Assembly (NCBI GenBank): GCA_951406725.2 | Contig: OX597821.1 | Coordinates: 13,454,001 to 13,518,000 of the forward strand | DNA from: Octopus vulgaris | Lineage: Eukaryota | DNA length: 64,000 nt | Direction of reading: 5' to 3' | Shown: piece after piece, positions 14,820-30,000 of the stretch | How positions within the stretch are numbered: the stretch's first letter is position 1 | How the letters are laid out: every line of letters begins with the position of its first letter | The notes under the pieces: model-generated | What the model saw: only the letters and a program-made list of their open reading frames with translations | Database searches by the model: none | Told to the model about the DNA's origin: nothing | Program-made: the position numbers and the translations under genes

Positions 14820-15240
14820 AAAAAAATGGGACAAGAACGCAAAAACATCCAGATAGTTAGGTGATACAAGAAAGGGACAACAAAATAATCAGATGGACGT
14901 TACAATGAAAACAAGGACGGGTCATTCGAATTTTCTTTCCTCAGTCGAGTTCCAGATTATCTTTGCAATTTCGACTAATTATACTCGAGATTGCTCCAAT
15001 CTGGCCATCCCCTAGGAAAAACTAAGCTAAGACCATTAGATTCCTTGGAAGAAAGCAGCGAACGTATACGAAAACAAGGACGGAAAAAAATGGAGAATGT
15101 TACATAAATACAAATAACAGGACATAACAACAGATGTGTTCCGACTAAGGAGGAATTAACTTAAGCTGACGTGTGTGGAAGTAAAGCTTTACGGCGGGGA
15201 TACAGGATTTGACAGGCACAGGGAGGAATAGAGATGTTGT
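14820..15240 (-). mobile_element. Interspersed repeat, probable Penelope 3'/pLTR fragment, copy 1
   Basis: Homologous to 46240-46635; minus strand contains GA-CTGAGGA...CGAATGAC; starts next to (TA)n. Confidence 0.6.
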
Positions 15241-15803
15241 ACTGTGATTGTCACTAATTATGGCTAGGGTGTTCGAATATATATTCAGTATTTGTCTGTG
15301 TTAGTGAATATTCATATGTAATTTATGTGCATATTCGTGTGTTTATTGTTTCATCAATATGTATACACACATACACAAAATGTGTGTGTGTGCATGTGTG
15401 TAACATGTGCGCATTGATGTATTTCACACAGCTATTAAACAAACATTTCTTTTTTTTTTGCCTGATATTTTAATCAGTTTAATACGAATATATGGTTTTC
15501 ACTCACAGATACATTCGCACTTACGCACGCACTTATGTCATTGCGGAGCGCAAAGTTTGAGTGTATTTGCGTGTATGATTTGGCTATGTACGTGTGCATA
15601 GGTTTAGTTATCTGAGTGCGTATGCACGTCTGTGTCTGTGCCTGAATATATATATTGAATATATGTATGTATGTATTCAATATATATATATTTATATACA
15701 GAGAGAGAGAAATAGAGATGAACAACACACACACACTGATATATAAAACAAACTCTCATACGCTTAGCTCAGTCATCAATACCATTGTTATTCTATTCAT
15801 CAT

Positions 15804-15835
<32 letters not shown>

Positions 15836-16088
15836 TCATGAAAAGCATCACTATCACCATCGCCACTACCACCACTACCGCTACCACCACCACCACTACA
15901 ACAACAACAACAACAACAATCTGCATCATTACTATCTCCAAACCATAATCAGAACGCCTAGGACTACAAAAGCCAATGATCAGTCTATAGATTGTATTTG
16001 ATGAAACAGATAAATATATCATATGGAATCGTTCATAAGATAAATATTTGGATGATCAATAAAGAAATCAGAAACAAACAAATAAATG

Positions 16089-16158
<70 letters not shown>

Positions 16159-16227
16159 TAATAATAATAATAATAATAACAATAATAACAACAACAACAA
16201 CAACAGCAACAACAATAATTGTTTCTA

Positions 16228-16459
16228 AATTAAGTACAAGGCCAGTAGATCTTTTTTGTGTAGGTGTGTGTGTGGTTAGGCCCTGGAGTTAGTCGATACC
16301 ATCGGCGCTAGTTTTGAGTCTAGGACTTTATTTTATCAACCCTGAAAGGATGAAAGACAAAGTTGACCTCGGCGAGATTTGAACTTAGAGTGTAAAAAAC
16401 CGGAACAAATACTGCTAAGTACTTTTTTTTTGTCTTTCCGACGCCATAAAGATTCTGCC
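16228..16459 (-). mobile_element. SINE family B, old subfamily
   Basis: GAAAGGATGAAAGACAAAGTTGACCTCGGCGAGATTTGAAC core; (AAT)n at the tail side. Confidence 0.75.
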
Positions 16460-16497
16460 ACAACAGCAGCATCAGTAGCAGTCGCAGCAACAGCAGT

Positions 16498-16634
16498 GTG
16501 GAGGCCCAATGGCCACGTGGTTAGGGCAGCGGACTCGCGGTCGTAAGAACGCGATTTCGATTCCCAGACCGGGCATTGTGAGTGTTTATTGAGCAAAAAC
16601 ACCTAAGCTCCACGAGGCTCCGGCGGGGGAAGGT
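16498..16634 (+). mobile_element. SINE family C head
   Basis: GTGGAGGCCCAATGG...GTGGTTAG (A-box) ...TTTCGATTCCC (B-box); homologues at 37020, 43835 and 49239. Confidence 0.85.
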
Positions 16635-16636
16635 AG

Positions 16637-16721
16637 TTGCCCAAGGTGCCACGCAGTGGGACTGAACCCGGAACCATGTGGTTGGTTAGCAAGCTACTTA
16701 CCACACAGCCACTCCTGCGCC
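16637..16721 (-). mobile_element. SINE family A head
   Basis: Reverse complement of the family A 5' tRNA region. Confidence 0.85.
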
Positions 16722-16979
16722 TATTGTGCATGCTATTAATATTTTCTTTTGCAATTGAGTTAGCCTTCTGATTTTGTTAGTTTCTCTCTGAGTAAACTAT
16801 ATTATTCTGTAAATTTTCAGCTTTCTTTGAGGGGTGGGGCATGAATTGTTCTTGTTTATTTCATTTCCTTTTCTATTTTTTGTTTTTCGTTTTTGTCTTT
16901 GTCTGTGACAAAACATAAAACACAAATCTTATTCTTTTATCAACCTCTGTAAATAGAAAATCCAAATTGTATGAAGTCG

Positions 16980-17035
16980 TCTTCTTCTTCTTCTTTTTCT
17001 TCTTCTTCTTCTTCTTCTTCTTCTTCTTTTCTTCC

Positions 17036-17067
<32 letters not shown>

Positions 17068-17365
17068 TACTTCTTCTTCTTCTTCTTACTCTTCTTCTTC
17101 CTTCTCCTCCTCCTCGTCCCTCTTCTCGTCGTCCTCCTACTCCTTCTTCTTTTCTTCCTTCTCCTCCTTCTTTTTTCTACTTCCTTTTCTTTTCTTCTTC
17201 TTCTTCTTCTTCTTCCCTCCTCCTCCTTCTCGTCCTTCCCCTCGCCGTCCTCCTTCTTCTTGTCCTTTCTCCTCGCCTTTCTCCTTTTTCTTCGTTTTCT
17301 TCTTCTTCTCTCCTCCTCCTCCTCGTTCTTCTCGCCCTCCTCTTCCTTCTTCTTCTTCTTCTTCA
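16980..17365. repeat. (TTC)n/(TCC)n polypyrimidine microsatellite
   Basis: Direct inspection. Confidence 0.9.
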
Positions 17366-17766
17366 TGTTGGGGCTTGTTATTGTTGTGACGGTGACTGTC
17401 GTCTAGGTAATATTAATGGTGGCGATGGCTGTGTTGATCGTTCGTTGTGTTTGTAGTGGAGGCAGACATGGATGCGTCCTGGTGACGTTGGCGATGGTAT
17501 GAAGGCCATACCAATGACAATGCTACCACTGCTGTCATTCATTAAAGCTTATCAAATGTATTTGGGATCAAAACCAGGAACTAGCTTTCCTCACACAAGC
17601 ATTACAACAGGGCCCTCGAATATCGATAGTTCACACCGTTCTGTGTCTCAAAATATTCGTACTTGTGACAACACCAACATCACTATCATCCTCATCTTCA
17701 TCAACATCACCACCACTACCACCACCGTCATGATCACCAAAATCATCGTCATACCATCGCCAACTG

Positions 17767-17826
<60 letters not shown>

Positions 17827-18181
17827 ACAACGATAACAACGACAACAACAGCAACAACAACTACTACTACTATCACTATTACCACTACTACTACTATTAC
17901 TACAACTATTACAACAACAACTACCACTACTACTACTACTACTACATCAGCAACAACAGCTTAGTATAAGTGTGCGCGTGTATACATAAATTTATGTATA
18001 TATATATATATTTTATCTGTCAACTTACCTATTTATCTATATCTATCTGTCTATCTATATCTAATACATGCCTACATACCCACACACACACATACACACA
18101 CACACACACACATATATATACATACATACATACCCACACACACGCATACACACACAGATATATACATACATACATACATAC

Positions 18182-18217
<36 letters not shown>

Positions 18218-18630
18218 TAGCAGCAGCAAAGATGGCGGTTAGATAGCCGAAGGATTCGTAATAATAAATCAATAATTGTTTGGAATATCTGTTGATAAAC
18301 CAAGAAGTTGTCCTTAATTATATTCACTGTTAATTATCGGTCATTTTAATATATAACATAGATACGGCACACATACACACATGAATACATACATCTGTAC
18401 ATATGTATACACATATGTGTGGACCTACTTACATATACACACACATGCATGTACACACATATATGTGCGTGCACGTGTATGTAAGTATGTTAGTGTTTTA
18501 ATTGGTATATGTGTCTGTATTAGCTTTTACTTGTGCGTGTGTGTATATTTGTTTTGAATGATAGGGAACGTGTGCAGTTTTATCTCTTTAGTTTCACCGT
18601 GTTGCCTATTTGCACAGGGATTTGTGTGTA

Positions 18631-18661
<31 letters not shown>

Positions 18662-19952
18662 CTGTGTGTGTGTGGTTGTTTTAATACTCTTTTTTTTCTG
18701 TTACAATATATTGCTTTCGTGTGTTTGGGTTGTGAATGTCTTTTGTGATTAATGTTAGTGTATACCTCTGCAGCATTCACCGTTATATATTCGACGTGTA
18801 CTCGATTTTATACGCAAATATACGTCTAACTTTTGTGTACGCCTTGAGAATGTATTTTGTAAATAGAAAAAACGTGTGAATCAATCAGAAAAATCGAGCT
18901 TAATTAACATAGAGATTATCTAAAATAAATCAAAGCATTGGTGCATCTATAAATGTGTGTGTGTGTGTGAGTTTGTGGGTGTATGTGCGTGTGTATGTGT
19001 GTCAGTGTAGGGTGTGTGTGTACGTGTGTGTACATGTAGAGGCGTACATGCGAAAACACAGCAAACAGTTATCAACTAAATATATGCATGGACTCAACCA
19101 AAATCTCAAAGAAAATCTTTAACAAAATTCAGAAACGAACACATAAAATTTTATCCTTGTAATTTTTTTCTGCTCTGTGGATTTTCTTAGGGGACTCTTT
19201 TTATTTTTTTAATAATTTCATTTTATTTTTACTCCATAATTTAATTGTTCCTTCAACAGTTTTCTTTTTTTTCTTGCTGAAATATTGAATCTTCATACCA
19301 AAACATCCCTTAAGATTTTTCGTGGACTTTATACAATTTTGTCTGATTTTTTTTTTTGTTCATTATTTTTTTTTTTCCAATATGCAGATGAACATAGAAT
19401 AAAAATCAATAGGACGTTATCGCAAAAAAATTCATAAACATAGTAGTTTGCATAAAATTATATGGTATTATAGAAACAACACTCTGGTAAAGTAGCCATT
19501 AGCAACCGTGTTTCTTTCTCATCTCTACTAGAGAACGGCAACAACTGCAGCATCAGCAACATCACTAAAAAAAAAGTATAAACAACAAACAACATTTATT
19601 GTAAATATTTTCAAATACAAAAATAACAATAATAATATAAAAACAACAGCTACAGAAGCAACAAATATTTAATATAAGTTCTCGTGTAATTTTAGAACGC
19701 CAAACTTTCACGATGTTGACAAGATAACTAACAGTGCTTTTAACATAAACTACCTCATACAAACTTAGCATCAATTTCATCACAGAATTCAGATGGAAAA
19801 GAGCAAATACATACAATTATATATAGCTATAAAAAAAAGCAACTGAACTGACAGCATCTATAAACTTTGTGCTAGATTCAGAATCACCTGTAATAAATCA
19901 GAGGCGAGCCAACGGAAAGAGTCTCTATGGAATCGATCGTTCGAAAATTATG

Positions 19953-20135
19953 AGAAATAGCAACCAAATCGACATCAAATTTACCCTGATGTCTTAACAA
20001 AGGAAAAAGACACTGGATAATGTACCGCGAAATACACTATATTTGAATAAAAGACAGGATGGTCAGCTGGAACGTAGGAATGCCTTTGATCATAAGTCTG
20101 TTCAATTAGGGTTGAACTGAAACTAAATAACAACT
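19953..20135 (+). repeat. Old unclassified interspersed repeat
   Basis: GAAATAGCA.CCAAATC...GGATGGTCA...GGAATGCCTTTGATCAT...TAAATAACAAC; diverged homologues near 4420-4700, 32615-32745, 34000-34075 and 44170-44335. Confidence 0.55.
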
Positions 20136-20977
20136 AAAATAGCATAAATATCAGGGAACTGAGATCATCCTAACATGAAAGTGTGCGTTCTGTTCTCCTG
20201 TACTTCACTAAATTCCTAAACCTCTTCTTACTTCACTAATATAACCTTTAAACTACCTCAGTCGCTGTCATTGGTTCTGATATTGTTGTTCGTTGCGTTG
20301 TTGGTGCTATTATTCTCGTTGCTTCTCTTTATATAATAATAAACTAGCTGTCCCCAATAATAAAACTAGAAAGTGAAAGACAAATGGTTCTTCGTGGCTA
20401 TATTGACAGAGTTTTAGTTTTAGAACACCAAAAGGTTTTTATGTAAACTACAATTTTTTTTATTATTACTTTTGTTCATATATGGTATTTAACGAGGGCC
20501 TCGGACCTACAATATCACTCTTATGAAGATCGACACTAACTGAAGCATCTTATATTTATAATGAATACTGACACCGTACGTTGTACGGGTTCAGTGTTCA
20601 TTATACACTAATGGCGTGGGTTTCTTCTACTCAAGTACATTTTTTTCCTTCGGAACATTGTTCGTGTTCATACGGTGCCACTTCATCACTCAACATGAAA
20701 AGGGAGTTATATCTCTTAACCAGGGCGTTACGCTTAAAATTTTCGATTTAAATTTTCAAGATACTGGAGCAAGCATGTACGCTAGCATATCTTTATTCCC
20801 AAACTAATAACTTATTCTACAAGTGCAGAAATAATATCCCGTAATTTTTAATATATTGCTTATGCAACAATATATATATATATATAAATTCAGTCGAATT
20901 AGGTACATAAGCTGAGGCACCAAGTCTGCCCAGTAATGTCCACACAGCTCGAAATTAGGTTATTAGAAGCAAATAAA

Positions 20978-21033
20978 TAATGTAAATAATATAAATAATA
21001 TACATAATTCCTCATCTCTTAAATATAGAACTG
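20978..21033 (+). mobile_element. Solo fragment of the Penelope pLTR end
   Basis: ATAATTCCTCATCTCTTAAATATAGAACTG is the reverse complement of 24294-24323. Confidence 0.75.
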
Positions 21034-21152
21034 AAATAGCAAGGATGTTCAGGAATCAGTACATTACGGCCTTTTCAAGCGGTTCCATTTAATTGATCAA
21101 TGCAAACATTATATCAATTTGAAGTAAGCCGCTCTCCTCGGATGCGTACGAC

Positions 21153-21355
21153 CATAGATTCCCAACATACAGGATACTCCATTATAATTTTTTTAGCAAT
21201 TTTTTCACCAGTACTAGAGACTAAAATACTTTTTTTTTTTTTGCCATTATTGTAGCAGAAAGAAGCAAAAGGAAGCAATGCATTTTAATCTCTAGTACTG
21301 ATGAAAAGTTTGCTAAAAGATTATAAAGGAGAATCCCGTATGTTGGAAATCTGTG
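21153..21355. repeat. Imperfect inverted repeat, arms about 76 bp
   Basis: 21153-21229 pairs with 21280-21355. Confidence 0.8.
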
Positions 21356-21573
21356 TCTGTGTGTCCTGCGTGAGTCTGTTCGCACTGGGAAAACTGCCAA
21401 GCAGCATTTCTTCCATCTTCGTGTTCTGAGTTTTAATGCCGCCGAGCTCGACTTTGCCTTTCATCCTTTCGGAGTCGACAAAATAAGTACCAGTCAAGAA
21501 CTGGGGTCGATGTAATCGTCTAACCCCCTCCTCAAAATTTCAAACCTTGTGTCTATAAGAGAAAGTATTATTA

Positions 21574-21638
<65 letters not shown>

Positions 21639-22072
21639 CGGCAGAAGTTACAGAATGACTCAAGGGCAGAAAGTTTCGTGTTTTGGCACTTAACAAATAT
21701 AACGTCATATATAAGCCTCCCTTTCGTTATGCTTTCTGAGTGTTGAAAAAACAACAAGAACTTTTCTTTGATATTGAAGTCCTTTCAGGATTCTGTGTAT
21801 GCAAGCAGCTAAACGTTAAATAATTTACCAGTAGATTCATCTAGTTGGATACTAGCTGATCCTCTTTGATTTCCGAAATTACCTTAATATTTATATCAAC
21901 CGACTTGTCAGGAATCCTTCGATCAACAGTATCAATTGACAATAACAAAAGTCTATTCAGTTTCTTCACTGAATTTTCCCCCAACCTGTAGCGAACGAGA
22001 TATTTGCAGCAACACTAGATCAAAGCTCCACCAACAGTAAAAGCTTATTGTTATCCTTTTCTTTTCTCTATT

Positions 22073-22103
<31 letters not shown>

Positions 22104-22594
22104 TTCCTGTGTGTATGTAATTTAAGGGCAACCAAATAACGCGTAGAATAGCTTCATTTTGTTTATACACCTGCCCAATCTAATCTGCTACAGTTTCATT
22201 CGTTATAGATTAGATCCCTTCTGCTCCAAATACTATTAGTTGTTTAACAGGTAAATCAGGATGATTAGTCTTGAAACGCTGCCTCAGTGAGTTTCACGTC
22301 ATTGATTGGCTCGATACATTATCATGACACACAACACACTGTGAGAAGATTTTCTCCATCTTTTATTTATTTGTTCATTTCATTTTTATACTGGTGATTT
22401 ATGATTCTCGTTATCATCTTTTGTTAAAGCAGGACGCCGTAATTTTCTAGGATCTGCTGCTGAATATATTTTGTAATGAGATGATTGAATGCGCATATAG
22501 GTTAACGAAACCGAGCTTAGTATGTTAAAACGACATTATGCTTTAAAATTTCATATAAGAAAATGTTGATATCAATCAACATAACATATATAGA

Positions 22595-23075
22595 GAGGAG
22601 GAGTTGCTGTGTGGTAAATTGCTTGCTTACCAATCACATGGTTCCGGCGTCAGTCCCACTATGCGTTTGTGTGTGTGTGTGTTTATATTAGTGTCTTCAT
22701 GTCTGTGTCCATCACCATCGTTTGACAACCGGTGTTGGTGTGTTTACGTCACCGTAACTTAGCAATTCGGCAAATGAAAATGATAGAGTGAATTCCAGGC
22801 TTAAAATTTTAAAAAATAATAATTACTGGGGTTGATTCGTTCGACTTAAATTCCTCAAGGTGGTGGGTGCTTCAGCTTGGCCACTGTTTCAAGACTGAAA
22901 GAAATAAAACAAAGAAGCAGGAGTAGGCGTGTGGTAAGAACCTTGCTTACTAACCACATAGTTCCGGGTTCAGTCCCACTGTGTGGCACCTGAGGCAAGT
23001 GTCTTCTACTATAGTCTCGGGCCGACCAAATCCTTGTGAGTGGATTTGGTAGACGGAAACTGAAAGAAGCCCGTC

Positions 23076-23138
<63 letters not shown>

Positions 23139-23308
23139 TATGTCTGTTTGTCCCCCCAACATCGCTTGACAACTGAGGCTGATGTGTTTACATCCCCGGT
23201 TCGGCAAAAGAGACCGATAGAATAAGTATAAGTCCTGAGGTCGATTTGCTCGACTAATGGCGGTGCCCCAGCATGGTCGCAGTCAGATGACTTAAACAAG
23301 TAAAAGAG
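22595..23308 (+). mobile_element. Two tandem family A-type SINEs (older 22595-22912; younger 22917-23308)
   Basis: Two heads ...GTGTGGTAA...GTTCCG...CAGTCCCACT and two tails. Confidence 0.85.
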
Positions 23309-23693
23309 CTACAAGAATATGTGTGTGTATTTGTGTTTGTGTGTGTGTGTGTGTGTGTGTGAGAGTGGTGGGGGGGCATGTGTGTTCGTGTATAAATGAG
23401 TTTAAAGGGATTTACTATTCTGGCGGTTACCGTGTTTCCTCTAAATGCAGTTTCAGATGCCGGCTAACCACAACGGTGCTTTTGAGATACCCGAGCTAAC
23501 AATAAGTTGCTGGCTCTGGTAAATGACGTTTAAAGTTTTTTAGCGAAATATAAATTTAATTGGCGTGAAAAGTTCGTCAGTTTCTGGTACGAAAAACAAT
23601 GTATGTGGATGAAGTCAACGCGGGAAATAACTATGAACGAATGTAGTCACTGGCTTGGACAGAGATGACGCTTGCAAACTATGCGTCATGTTC

Positions 23694-23800
23694 AAATTAA
23701 GTACCAGTTTTGCACTGGGGTCGATGTAATCGGCTTAATCCGTTTGTTTGTCCTTGTTTGTCCCCTCTATGTTCAGCCCCTTGTGGGTAGTAAAGAAATA
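23694..23800 (+). mobile_element. SINE family B young subfamily, 5'-truncated
   Basis: Ends ...CAGCCCCTTGTGGGTAGTAAAGAAATA. Confidence 0.8.
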
Positions 23801-24293
23801 TATACTATTTCTCCGCATTTTTTTATGAACTCCTTATGTAGGTAGTGGCGGTTGGGTAAGAGGAAGAGATAAACTAAAGAGAAAGGATAACACTATATGA
23901 AAGACGAGCAATAGTAATAGGTGACGAAATAAGCGTGAAAGTGCAGAGGAAGGAAGAAGATGTGCCGAGAGACAAAAAAGAAGAGGAGAGGAAGGGGGAG
24001 GTGACTGTTTGGTATAGCAACTTGAAACATTTAAATCATGATTGTGCTTATTGAGGCAGACGATCGCACGTGAGCTAGAGATGGGACGAAGACGGCGCAT
24101 GATGATGGTAGAGGTGGTGGTAGTAGGAGTCGTGATGGGGATGTTGGTGGTGGTGGTGGTGGTGGTGGTAGTGGTGGTGGTGGTATTGGTGATTAAACTC
24201 ACAATTTTCTTTCACATTAAATTGATTCTTACTGGATAGTTCCAATTAAATAAGTCCAGAAGTTACGTTAAATAATATATACACACACAAATA

Positions 24294-25918
<1,625 letters not shown>

Positions 25919-27145
25919 CATTCTACAAACTGGTAAACATTTCTATGAATATTTTACCGGCCAACGCTGGGTAGTAAGTCTAGTATGTGTGTGTGTGTGT
26001 GTGTGTGTTTGAAAGATTATCCGTATTAGCGTAATGTTCATGCCTCTCTCAACTTTGGTGATGTGTATTAGAAAGTTTGTTACTGTTTGTGTGGAGGCAT
26101 ATGTAATGTGTGTGCTTATGTGTACACGTGCGAGTGTATTTTCTAAGAGAGTTGTGTCTACCTTTTTGAGTGTAAATGTGTTAGAATATGCGTGTTGTGC
26201 TTGTATGTGGTTGCACATAAGACGAGTGTTTAATGTGAGCTTGAGTTTGTTGACAAATACGAATTGTTGTGTTCTTCTACGTGTGTTTAATGAAGCTTAG
26301 TATGAATGTGTGTGTGTGTGTGTGCGTGTGTTTGTGTGTCTGTGTGTGTGTGTTTGTGTACGTGCGTGTGTATGATCATGCCTGCTTGTATATGTGTTTG
26401 TGTGTGTGTGTTTACGTAGGTACATTGGTAAAGTTTGCAATGCAACTCAGTGAACCGTCTACGTAACTATGTCACCAATTACTCAATGTTAATCAATAAT
26501 CGTCGTTCATTGATCATTAGTCATTGATCATTATCGATCATCTTTAACCTCCCCCTCTCCCCCCTCTCTCTCTCTCTCTCTCTTCCGTTCTTTCTTTCTT
26601 TTCTGTACTTTACAGTTCTCTTCTTCTGCTCATTCTCTCTCAATTGCTATTATACCCACCCATTCTTCTCTGTATAAGACTAATCTAGTGTTATTCATCC
26701 GTAGAAAGATAGGTTGGTCATGGTTGGAATGATTTAGTTGAAAACCGAACTCGATCAAGTAAGACTAGGCAACAACATAACAGAGAGCATTTTCTTATTG
26801 ATTTAATCTAAAGAAAGGACAGTCCATGTGGCTGCTACAGATGAACAGACACAAGTTAGCTACAGGAGTTTAATGTGCTTCTTACGCAGCGTCAACAACG
26901 CAACTGCTGATATAACATGTGCAGGGCAACTGGACGATTCTATTTGGATGGGAAGTTCTGAGGAGGAATGTACGGTTACAGTTTGTAAAGAGTCTGATGA
27001 GGTGGAGGATAAAAGATGTATGGCAATAGGAAGAGAGGCACTTATTCCTTTTCTTGTCCAAAGCATTTTCATAAGTTTGTCCTAATCACCCGTACTTGCT
27101 TTCAGATTTTTAGTCAGCCTTTGTTTTAGATGTTCAAGGTACATA

Positions 27146-27310
27146 GGCGTAGGAGTGGCTGTGTGGTACGTAGCTTGCTTACGAACCACATGGTTCTGGG
27201 TTCAATCCCACTGCGTGGCACCTTAGGCAAGTGTCTTCTGCTATAGCCTCGGGCCGACCAAAGCCTTGTGAGTGGATTTGGTAGACGGAAACAGAAAGAA
27301 GCCCGTCGTA

Positions 27311-27390
<80 letters not shown>

Positions 27391-27590
27391 TGTGTTTGTC
27401 CTTCCAACATCGCTTGACAACCGATGCTTCTGTGTTTACGTCCCCGTAACTTAGCGGTTCGGCAGAAGAGACCGATAGAATAAGTACTAGGCTTACAGAG
27501 AATAAGTCCTGGGATCATCTTTCTCGACTAAAGGCAGTGCTCCAGTCAAATGGCCACAGTCAAATGACTGAAACAAGTAAAAGAGTAGAA
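27146..27590 (+). mobile_element. SINE family A, full length
   Basis: Complete head, internal microsatellite and tail. Confidence 0.9.
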
Positions 27591-27679
27591 GAGGTAATAC
27601 GAAGCTTTCCTTTGTTAAGTCCTAAGTTACTTTAGCGGTTGAAAAAACTGAGAATGTGTATGGTATCTAATGCATAGAT

Positions 27680-27985
27680 GCGGCGAGCTGGCAAGGCGGC
27701 GAGCTGGCATGGCGGCGAGCTGGCATGGCGGCGAGCTGGCATGGCGGCGAGCTGGCAAGGCGGCGAGCTGGCAGAAACGTTAGCACGCCGGGCGAAATGC
27801 GTAGCTGTAATTCGTCTGTCGTTACGTTGTGAGTTCAAATTCCGCCGAGGTTGACTTTGCCTTTCATCCTTTCGGGGACGATAAATTAAGTACCAGTTAC
27901 GCACTGGGGTCGATGTAATAGACTTAATACCTATGTCTGTCTTTGTCCCTTCTATGTTTAGCCCCTTGTGGGTAATAAAGAAATA
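27680..27985 (+). mobile_element. SINE family B young subfamily with 6x reiterated 5' 16-mer and 17-bp TSD
   Basis: TSD GGTATCTAATGCATAGA at 27662-27678 and 27986-28002; GAGTTCAAAT B-box; core GACTTTGCCTTTCATCCTTTCGGGG resembles a Meta/MESC-type SINE central domain (from recall). Confidence 0.9.
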
Positions 27986-28268
27986 GGTATCTAATGCATA
28001 GACGTCACAAAAATATGTCCTATGAATCACAAGTAATACACAGAACGAGTAAAGAGTTAAATCAGGATTCTCTAAGTGAAAATGGAATACGACAAAAACC
28101 AGCTCTGAGAATCAACGGCCACTATAGTAAATCTACTAATTCTGCCATTATTCATACTTGTGGATCAATGTAATCACAGCATCGTTTAATCTCCTCTTCA
28201 GCTCAACCTCTCAATCTCGTTCTTTTCTTCGACCTATTTATCTTTCATTTCCTCTCTCTCTTTTTTTC

Positions 28269-28310
<42 letters not shown>

Positions 28311-29169
28311 TTCATTCATTATGTCTCTTGTTCGTGTCTATATCACTTACTCCCTCGTCCCTCACGCTGTCGTCTGTGTGTCTTCATTTCACTATTAAAC
28401 TCGTTAGTCTCTTCTCTCCAAAGTGTCTTTCTTCTTCCATCTGCTTTAGCAGCGCCTTTATCGTTATAAGCACGCACACACACACACACACATGTAAGTA
28501 CATATATAAATCCATAGATACTTAAATGCACACATACATAAAAGGTTCATACATATACATACATACGCTCACGTTTATGTATATGTATGTGCGTGTGTAC
28601 ATGTACGTATGTTTGTGCGCGTATGTGTATAGCTACTTGTATGCTTATTTACATACATAAATTTGTACATGCATATACATATGCATACGTACACACATAT
28701 ATATGTATATATAGATACATATAAGTCTGTGTGTGTTTGTGTGTGTGTGTGTGTGTGCGAACGCATTCACTTCTTATCTTGACGATGAGAAAGCATGGAC
28801 GCCACAGCCTTCTGATAACATCTGGACGGAGATGAAATAAATGAGAGTTACAAACAGAACAGTAGTTAATTTATTCGTGCCACCAGACTTGATGAATAAT
28901 GCCAGAGATACATGTCAGTATAGAATTGTTTGGTCAATGAAATGTCAAGACTCAGGGAAAATCTTTGGAGAGGTGGCCGGTCTGCGGATTGAAACTAACT
29001 ACTATGGCCACACGTAGTTCAACTCCATCCAAATTGGATTCAGTTTTTTCCTCAGCTTCGTTTCATGCTCACTTTTATCACGCATGGATCATGCTGTCCA
29101 AAATATTGAAGGAGTGCAGTAAACTTCATTTATTTGAAAAGAAATTATTATTAATAATGATTTTTAAAT

Positions 29170-30000
29170 TTAGATACAAATCTAGGAAAATTTAGTTGAG
29201 GCTCTCAACCACAGTTCTTTAGTTTATCGACCTCAAAAAGTAAAGGGTAAGCTGAATTCGCTAGAATTTGCATTCTGAACTTAAAGTGTCAGGACAAATA
29301 CCGCAAGGTATTTTGTGCTACGCTCTAAGGATACGTCCAGTACAGTGCCCTAATAAACTTTATAATAGTTCTTTCTACTACATGCACAAAGACTGAACTT
29401 TCGGGGAAGGGGTCTACTTGATTATATCGACCCCCGGATTCAACTGGTACTCATGTTATCGATTTTGAACGCTGTCAACCTTGGAGAATTTGAACTCAGA
29501 ATGTAAAAACCGGACGAAATGCCTCTAAGTATGTTGTTCGGCATGCTAACGATTCTGTTTGTTCGTCGCCTTAATAAAGATAAAACATAAAACTATAATA
29601 ATAATGCTGTCTATTATTGGCACAAGGACTGAAATTTGGAGGAGAGGGCCTGGTCGATTATATCGACGCTAGTACTCGATTGGTACTCGTTTTATTGACC
29701 ACGAAACGATGAAAGATAAAGTGGACCTTGGTAGAACTTGAAATCAGAACGTAAAGATGGACGAAATGTCGCTACGTAGTTTGTCCGGCGTGCAAGCGAT
29801 TTTGCCAGGTCCCCTTCTTAATAAAAGAAAATAACTCAATAATAATGATAATAATTGTTTTTAATTTTGATGCCAAATTAGCATTTACAAATGGAGAGAG
29901 TTAGTCAATTATATTGATTCCAGTATTAGATTGGCACGTTATTTTATACAGCCTCGGACTTACGAAAGACTAAGTTTTCCTAGGCGGGATTTGAACTTAG
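29170..30000 (-). mobile_element. Cluster of about four old family B SINEs, head-to-tail
   Basis: Repeated diverged ...TTATATCGAC...TGGTAC...TTGAACT...AGAA blocks. Confidence 0.7.

Noticed and set aside
17472-17969. 165-aa ORF with a non-repetitive N-terminus
   Set aside because: Length comes from trinucleotide repeats; no recognisable motif or splice support
26828-27085. Overlapping short ORFs on both strands
   Set aside because: No recognisable family; consistent with chance
27680-27774. 16-bp direct repeats as a CRISPR-like array
   Set aside because: No spacers, eukaryotic context, and the unit equals the SINE 5' end
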